NCBI GenBank assembly: GCA_964252035.1
Contig: OZ176201.1
From: Podarcis erhardii
Taxonomy: Eukaryota
DNA: 64,000 nucleotides
Reading direction: 5' to 3' (one strand)
A model generated the notes under the pieces. It saw only the letters and a program-made list of their open reading frames with translations, made no database searches and was not told the origin of the DNA. The position numbers were made by a program, and so were the translations under genes. How positions within the stretch are numbered: position 1 is the stretch's first letter; each line of letters begins with the position of its first letter. Positions 61,489-64,000 of the stretch are shown here, in pieces.

Positions 61489-63911
61489 CCCCACCACCTG
61501 ACCACATGTTGCCACCGTGCCACAGAAGCCTAGGAAAAAATGCAGAATCTGGCACAGGTTGCAGGATTCAAAGCTTCTGCCTATAGTGGCCTTCCCAGTG
61601 AGAAACCACTGACATTCTTCCAAAAGAATCCCAGGGTTCCCCAAAACACAGTCTGAAATTCATTGCTGTGTTAGTAGAGTATGTCCCCATCTCTTGCGTT
61701 GTTTACCATTGCTGATGCATTCATATGCCAGTAATTTTATTTCTGGAAAGCTTTTTGATGCTGTGCTTTCCTTCCCACAAGAGATTTTGAAAGCATGCCA
61801 TATACACTTTTCTTCCTTCCATTTACCTGCAATCTGCTCCACTCTCAGGCTGAGAACATGGGCAGACATTGCCTAATGAGCTGTCTTATGCTCTTATCTT
61901 TGGTTTTGCTTTAGAGCAGAAATGAAGAAACTGTGGCTCTCGAGAAGCTGTTGGACTGCAACTCCCACCGTCTCTGATCATTGGCTTTGCTGGCTGGGGC
62001 TGATTGGAATGTAAGAGCATAAGACAGGCATAGGCACACTCGGCCCTCCAGATATTTGAGGCTACAATTCCCATCATCCCTGACCACTGGTCCTGTTAGT
62101 GAGGGATGATGGGAGTTGTAGTCCCAAAACATCTGGAGGGCAGAGTTTGCCTATGCCTGCCATAAGATGAGCCCCCAAGGGCCCTTCTAGCCCAGCATCC
62201 TGTACTCACAGCCAATCAGGAACCTATGGGAAATGCATAAGCTGATCCTTTAAGCGCAACAGCACATTCTTCCCACTTGTGCTTCCGAGATACCAGGTAC
62301 TGGTATTCTGAGGTGTACAATCTTCGATACTGAAGCTGCCGTGACTAGTAGCCATTAAGGCCCTTATTGCCCATGATGGAGGTGGAGTCCAACACATCTG
62401 AAGGCCCACAGGTTCCTCATCCCTGATTGAGAGTAAGCCTGAGTAAGTATATATGGGCAAATTTGTTATACGCAACTGATAGTTGTTAGTTAAAAGGAAC
62501 CTCTGTGTATGTAGGACATTGCTTCTCAAAGGCTGTGGCACAAGGAGAGGATGGCAAACATGACAGGAAGATTCAAGGAGAACAAAAGAAACATTTCATT
62601 ATAGAATTGTATCAAAAAAATTTTTTTTGCAATATGTGGATAGATATATTTCCAAAATGAGAGCAAGAGCATAAAGTGATACTGAGAACAATCATAGTTG
62701 TGATCTAGAATCGCTGTCCCAATGTATTTCTTATCAATAAAAAAAATGGTGTGGTGCAAGAAAATTTCTATTCTGAAAGTGTGATCCAAAGAAACAAGGT
62801 TGAAAATCACTGATGTAGGAGACGAATTGAGAATTAAATCTGTAGATTAAAAGTTAAACTTTGTATCCCACATATGTGGGAGACATAGAAAAAGTGGGCT
62901 GTCAATCCATTTAACAAAGTAAAACACGTATTGTATACATTTTTGCAGCTTACTAAAATTTAGGAATTGGGCAATTACAGCTTTTTGTCCCTTTTATTTG
63001 AGGTTTGCTGACCTCCCCCTCTTCAGCCCTGCTGCAGAGAATGAACCACATGTTTTAGTAAGATAAACAATTACATTTCAATGCAGGCAGCAGATACAAT
63101 ACAGGTAATAAAACTTATCAGGTACAAAATACAAAAGTTGGCTTCTATAGGCTGTATCTGTCTGGACCTCCCAGATACACATTTGATCAGTTTGGAAACA
63201 TGGTAGAAAGAGTCTCTTCTCAGAGACAGGATGAAATATAAAAGATTATCTCCATGGTTACAGAATTCCAGCCAGCGGAGGCAAGGGAAGTAAGCACACA
63301 GAGGGTCCTCTCTAGGAAATTTAAGTGCACTCTTTGTGTACTAGCCCTGTCTTGTCTAGCAAAACATACATTTGGCTGCAAACCCCACACTGTGGACAGA
63401 GGCAGAATACCAGAATATCTCTGAACACTAGATCTAAGTGTTGGCAACAACAGGAAAAGTCATCACCTTCATTCCCTGCCTTGCGTGTTTCAAAGAGGCA
63501 TCATGTTGGCGGCTGCTGAGACACAAAATGTTGGATTTGATGCACCTTGGCCTGATCCAGCAAGGCAGTACTTAAGATGATTAATCTGCATAATTTATAC
63601 AGAATGCAGAATGCAGCTTTTCGCAGCACAGAATTGGATTACCCCGTAAGAGATATATTGAACCAAAGTATTACACTGTCTTACCTGTTGATAAGATAAA
63701 GCCAATGGATGTGCCGTGGCAGGAGCTCTGCGGTGGGAGTCTTGCAAAATACATCTCAGGAACCTTTCCAGAGTTTTCATTTTTCCTCTGTCCCTGACAG
63801 GCCCCAACTGATGACGACGCTAGGCCGCTGCTCCCTGATCCTGAAGTCCCGGAAATCAGTTTCCCTCAAGGCTGTGCTCAACTTGCCCAACTTGATGAGG
63901 ATGAGCTGTGA
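7787..63911 (+). CDS. ARHGEF25: Rho guanine nucleotide exchange factor 25 (p63RhoGEF/GEFT); join(7787..7877,33360..33664,37799..37876,39242..39369,39891..39957,44994..45097,45388..45457,47082..47171,48136..48228,49541..49591,50970..51047,52914..53108,53968..54148,55972..56192,61187..61291,63801..63911), 1968 nt, about 655 aa
   Basis: All introns are GT-AG with matching phases and the join is open. N-terminus [27 protein letters not shown] domain ([20 protein letters not shown]...[18 protein letters not shown]), PH domain, [16 protein letters not shown] extension and C-terminus LDEDEL match recalled human ARHGEF25 rather than TRIO or KALRN. Confidence 0.95.
8907..8946. repeat. (GT)20 microsatellite; others at 6824-6844, 48276-48298 and (AC)20 at 61445-61484
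   Basis: Read directly from the sequence. Confidence 0.97.
10300..10478 (+). mobile_element. tRNA-derived squamate SINE (Squam3-like); other copies at about 1883-2031 (-), 14885-15025 (-) and 21463-21616 (-)
   Basis: Shared tctgctttgcatgcagaag...cctggagagcc...gagctagatggaccaatggtctgac pattern; family name from memory. Confidence 0.7.
11103..11459 (-). mobile_element. Full-length Sauria SINE
   Basis: Reverse complement of the 10..366 element; 10-bp TSD atatatgctg at 11093-11102 and 11460-11469. Confidence 0.93.
14514..14642. mobile_element. Palindromic hAT MITE
   Basis: 34-bp perfect TIR caggcttcctcaacctcggccctccagatgtttt; perfect 8-bp TSD gtataaag at 14506-13 and 14643-50. Confidence 0.92.
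16815..16975 (+). mobile_element. MIR/CORE-type SINE; other copies at about 6600-6735 (-), 10690-10850 (-), 19130-19300 (-), 30680-30815 (+) and 46900-47020 (-)
   Basis: CORE-like gggtgaccttgggccagtc...tctctcagcctaacctac...gggttgttgtgagg. Confidence 0.7.
20860..21337. mobile_element. Non-autonomous hAT element with a CpG-rich core
   Basis: TIRs cataggcgccgact / agtcggcgcccctg; perfect 8-bp TSD acaactaa at 20852-59 and 21338-45. Confidence 0.9.
21885..22255 (-). mobile_element. Full-length Sauria SINE
   Basis: Same family; TSD ttcagcgtta at 21875-21884 and 22258-22267. Confidence 0.92.
23731..23925 (-). mobile_element. CR1 3' end (catagaatcatag type); related copies at 60662-60838 (-), 15045-15165 (+) and 34010-34090 (+)
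   Basis: catagaatcatag...gttggaagggatcttgagggtcatctagtccaacccc is the reverse complement of the CR1 terminal repeat. Confidence 0.8.
24190..24560 (+). repeat. Old interspersed repeat, probably a DNA transposon relic; second copy at about 37990-38445
   Basis: Shared blocks atgtgtcctacttta...agtcctctattttgaag, gaagttgcccatcaa, atggtgagatg and tgaygcaaatcattt. Confidence 0.6.
25674..25924. mobile_element. Tc1/mariner (Tigger/pogo-like) MITE
   Basis: TA flanks; TIR cagtggtacct / aggtaccactg; CpG-rich interior. Confidence 0.88.
26470..26617 (-). mobile_element. tRNA-Lys(CTT)-derived SINE with a CR1-type tail; a related copy lies at about 9533-9650
   Basis: Minus strand reads gctcagttggtacagcacgagactcttaatctcagggttgtgggt...gttgggc, followed by a CR1 3' end. 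Confidence 0.75.
28497..28648. mobile_element. Internally deleted Penelope-like terminus
   Basis: Same family as 45896; one arm followed directly by the distal end of the opposite arm. Confidence 0.8.
29265..29390 (-). mobile_element. BovB (RTE) LINE 3' end
   Basis: [25 protein letters not shown] on the - strand with a (CAA)n-type tail; a second fragment lies at about 26122-26186. Confidence 0.85.
30911..30934. repeat. (GT)7(GC)5 alternating purine-pyrimidine tract
   Basis: Read directly from the sequence. Confidence 0.95.
33360..33664 (+). CDS. ARHGEF25: Exon 2: [22 protein letters not shown]...[15 protein letters not shown]...RKSIDLG...PQES
   Basis: Acceptor ctctccctgcag at 33359; phase 1 joins exon 1 (G+AT = Asp); [13 protein letters not shown] matches human YSIAGSEGSISAS; donor gtaggc at 33665 (alternative gtgaga at 33674, same phase). 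Confidence 0.88.
36149..36826 (-). mobile_element. L2 LINE 3' portion with (AAT)n tail
   Basis: Typical lizard L2 RT C-terminal sequence and 3'UTR (ccccgcctatctggctggg...); (AAT)16 at 36101-36148. Confidence 0.82.
37799..37876 (+). CDS. ARHGEF25: Exon 3: [26 protein letters not shown]
   Basis: Acceptor ttcccttgcattacag, donor CAG|gtgagc, phase 0-0; resembles human ELPELTLLTTLLEGPGDKTQ. Confidence 0.8.
39242..39369 (+). CDS. ARHGEF25: Exon 4: [16 protein letters not shown]...[15 protein letters not shown](M)
   Basis: Long pyrimidine tract then atggcag; donor AT|gtaagt, phase 0-2; matches human EEEQKKKALERSM. Confidence 0.9.
39891..39957 (+). CDS. ARHGEF25: Exon 5: (M)[22 protein letters not shown], start of the DH domain
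   Basis: Acceptor tcccctgcag; donor GAG|gtgcca (weak); phase 2-0. Confidence 0.95.
40755..41232 (-). mobile_element. Penelope-like element with a degenerate GIY-YIG C-terminus
   Basis: Minus-strand translation [35 protein letters not shown]...[15 protein letters not shown]; same pLTR motif at 40755-40830. Confidence 0.85.
41870..42140 (-). mobile_element. Degenerate CR1 reverse-transcriptase fragment
   Basis: [18 protein letters not shown] corresponds to the CR1 RT motif QHGFxKGKSCLTNLxxFY. Confidence 0.8.
42636..42914 (+). mobile_element. 5'-truncated Sauria SINE starting in the B box
   Basis: Same family; TSD tagcctta at 42628-42635 and 42915-42922. Confidence 0.9.
43090..43720 (-). mobile_element. 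Degenerate CR1 ORF2 fragment
   Basis: [18 protein letters not shown] resembles the CR1 motif FFKYIRSKxxxRExVGPL; boundaries approximate. Confidence 0.6.
44513..44811. mobile_element. Old hAT-like MITE
   Basis: TIRs cagtggtttttcaa / ttggaaagccattg; no clean TSD. Confidence 0.5.
44994..45097 (+). CDS. ARHGEF25: Exon 6: [34 protein letters not shown]
   Basis: Acceptor cttctgcag; donor GA|gtaagt; conserved Dbl IFGNIxQIYxWH motif. Confidence 0.95.
45388..45457 (+). CDS. ARHGEF25: Exon 7: (D)[23 protein letters not shown]
   Basis: Acceptor atcccag; donor CAC|gtgagt; phase 2-0. Confidence 0.95.
45896..46119. mobile_element. Penelope-like element terminus forming a perfect inverted repeat
   Basis: Penelope pLTR-type motif gtagcaccttaaagaccaac...gagctttcgtgtgcatgcacacttcttcag; arms 45931-46022 and 46028-46119. 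Confidence 0.85.
47082..47171 (+). CDS. ARHGEF25: Exon 8: [30 protein letters not shown]
   Basis: Acceptor ttgtttttcag; donor GAG|gtaagg. Confidence 0.96.
48136..48228 (+). CDS. ARHGEF25: Exon 9: [31 protein letters not shown]
   Basis: Acceptor ctcctttccag; donor AAG|gtgcta; DH CR3 motif. Confidence 0.96.
49541..49591 (+). CDS. ARHGEF25: Exon 10: [17 protein letters not shown]
   Basis: Acceptor tccctcccag; donor GAG|gtagga. Confidence 0.95.
49675..50635 (-). mobile_element. 5'-truncated L1-clade LINE (ORF2 C-terminus and AT-rich 3'UTR)
   Basis: ORF 50008..50634(-) contains [18 protein letters not shown] and is homologous to the 57746 element. No clear TSD, so boundaries are approximate. 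Confidence 0.88.
50970..51047 (+). CDS. ARHGEF25: Exon 11: [26 protein letters not shown]
   Basis: Acceptor gcctttcag; donor GAG|gtaggc. Confidence 0.96.
51285..51733. mobile_element. Tc1/mariner MITE of the same family, inserted in an L2 3' tail
   Basis: TA TSD; TIR ccgtatttttcgccctataggacgcac; flanks read as an L2 3' end running into (TAG)n(AAT)n. Confidence 0.9.
51806..51886. repeat. Compound (TAG)n(TAA)n microsatellite forming an L2 tail
   Basis: Read directly from the sequence. Confidence 0.95.
52914..53108 (+). CDS. ARHGEF25: Exon 12: [19 protein letters not shown]...[16 protein letters not shown]...FKSSIK, PH domain
   Basis: Acceptor ctcttctccag; donor AAG|gtatta; 195 nt, phase 0-0. 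Confidence 0.96.
53968..54148 (+). CDS. ARHGEF25: Exon 13: [23 protein letters not shown]...[21 protein letters not shown]-terminus
   Basis: Acceptor atgccag; donor G|gtaggg; phase 0-1. Confidence 0.96.
55972..56192 (+). CDS. ARHGEF25: Exon 14: [20 protein letters not shown]...QAYVE, containing the Galpha-q-binding extension
   Basis: Acceptor ttccttgccag; [13 protein letters not shown] matches human; donor GAG|gtaagg at 56193; phase 1-0. Confidence 0.93.
56201..56549 (-). mobile_element. Full-length Sauria SINE at the exon-14 donor
   Basis: Same family; TSD gtaaggta at 56193-56200 and 56550-56557. Confidence 0.93.
57436..57460 (+). CDS. ARHGEF25: Candidate 25-nt exon (KHVLSNSN + T), phase 0-1
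   Basis: tgctgcag acceptor with a weak tract and a strong ACT|gtaagt donor; it supplies the phase needed to use 59880..59938. No homology support. Confidence 0.3.
57746..59324 (+). mobile_element. 5'-truncated L1-clade LINE (ORF2 C-terminus with CCHC knuckle, 3'UTR)
   Basis: [18 protein letters not shown] motif; aataaa near 59297; 13-bp TSD gagaacttcagta at 57733-57745 and 59325-59337. Confidence 0.92.
58375..58826. mobile_element. Tc1/mariner MITE of the same family, nested in L1 ORF2
   Basis: TA at 58373-74 and 58827-28; same TIRs and same orientation as the 51285 copy. Confidence 0.92.
59880..59938 (+). CDS. ARHGEF25: Candidate exon (x)[19 protein letters not shown], phase 1-0
   Basis: ctaac branch-like motif plus ctttcccag acceptor; CAG|gtgtgc donor; only the phase-1 frame is open; Ser/Pro-rich like the flanking exons. 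Confidence 0.45.
61187..61291 (+). CDS. ARHGEF25: Exon 15: [35 protein letters not shown]
   Basis: Acceptor ctttctgcccccag; donor ACA|gtgagt; 105 nt, phase 0-0, open. No recalled human counterpart. Confidence 0.7.
62025..62159. mobile_element. hAT MITE of the same superfamily, abutting an older degenerate copy; further decayed copies at about 2240-2305, 4025-4130, 18490-18560 and 34634-34715
   Basis: TIR caggcataggc...gcctatgcctg; TSD gcataaga/ccataaga (7/8). Confidence 0.85.
62517..62812. mobile_element. Non-autonomous hAT (Charlie-like) element
   Basis: TIRs cattgcttctcaa / ttgaaaatcactg; perfect 8-bp TSD atgtagga at 62509-16 and 62813-20. Confidence 0.85.
63801..63911 (+). CDS. ARHGEF25: Last coding exon: [36 protein letters not shown]
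   Basis: Acceptor tccctgacag; 36 aa ending LAQLDEDEL, matching the recalled human C-terminus LAKLDEDEL. Confidence 0.93.
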   Translation, partial: APTDDDARPLLPDPEVPEISFPQGCAQLAQLDEDEL

Positions 63912-64000
63912 CTCTTGGACTGTGGGAAAGCCCCTGTCAGACCAGTGGGGTGGGGGCTTTGACTGATCTAACTAGCTCTTCCCTCTCCTTCTCCCACCCT

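Noticed and set aside
1-64000. CRISPR array, rRNA, snoRNA or miRNA genes
   Set aside because: No regularly spaced repeat-spacer array and no rRNA similarity. All long hairpins seen are explained by MITE or Penelope termini. A covariance-model search (Infernal/Rfam) would be needed to exclude small ncRNAs.

Overview
Vertebrate (squamate) genomic DNA. The Sauria-SINE subfamily points to a lacertid lizard such as Podarcis, Lacerta or Zootoca. The window holds the whole coding region of one + strand gene, ARHGEF25 (p63RhoGEF/GEFT, the Galpha-q-activated DH-PH RhoA exchange factor). I reconstructed it by hand from GT-AG exons with consistent phases: ATG at 7787 in a CpG island, a 25.5-kb first intron, 16 well-supported coding exons giving about 655 aa, and stop TGA ending at 63911 after ...LDEDEL. 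One or two further candidate exons lie in intron 14. The rest is intronic or intergenic and dense in transposable elements: Sauria SINEs, other tRNA- and CORE-type SINEs, CR1, L2, L1 and BovB fragments, Penelope-like elements, hAT and Tc1/mariner MITEs, a solo LTR, and microsatellites. I found no CRISPR array, rRNA, true tRNA gene or second protein-coding gene, and I cannot demonstrate a wholly new biological system. The most unusual observations are: (i) a Sauria SINE inserted exactly on the exon-14 splice donor, with all five Sauria SINE target sites resembling the SINE tail, which itself resembles the antisense of the 5' splice-site consensus; (ii) a three-layer nest (solo LTR > L1 > mariner MITE) with all three TSDs intact, also sitting on a GTAAG donor-like site; (iii) a perfect 92-bp-arm Penelope palindrome plus a collapsed sister copy; (iv) a poly-glycine GGC-repeat uORF and an AUGA-overlapping uORF upstream of the start codon; (v) a Trio/Kalirin-like exon 2 and extra C-terminal exons. 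All work was by eye, and comparisons to human proteins and repeat consensus sequences are from memory.
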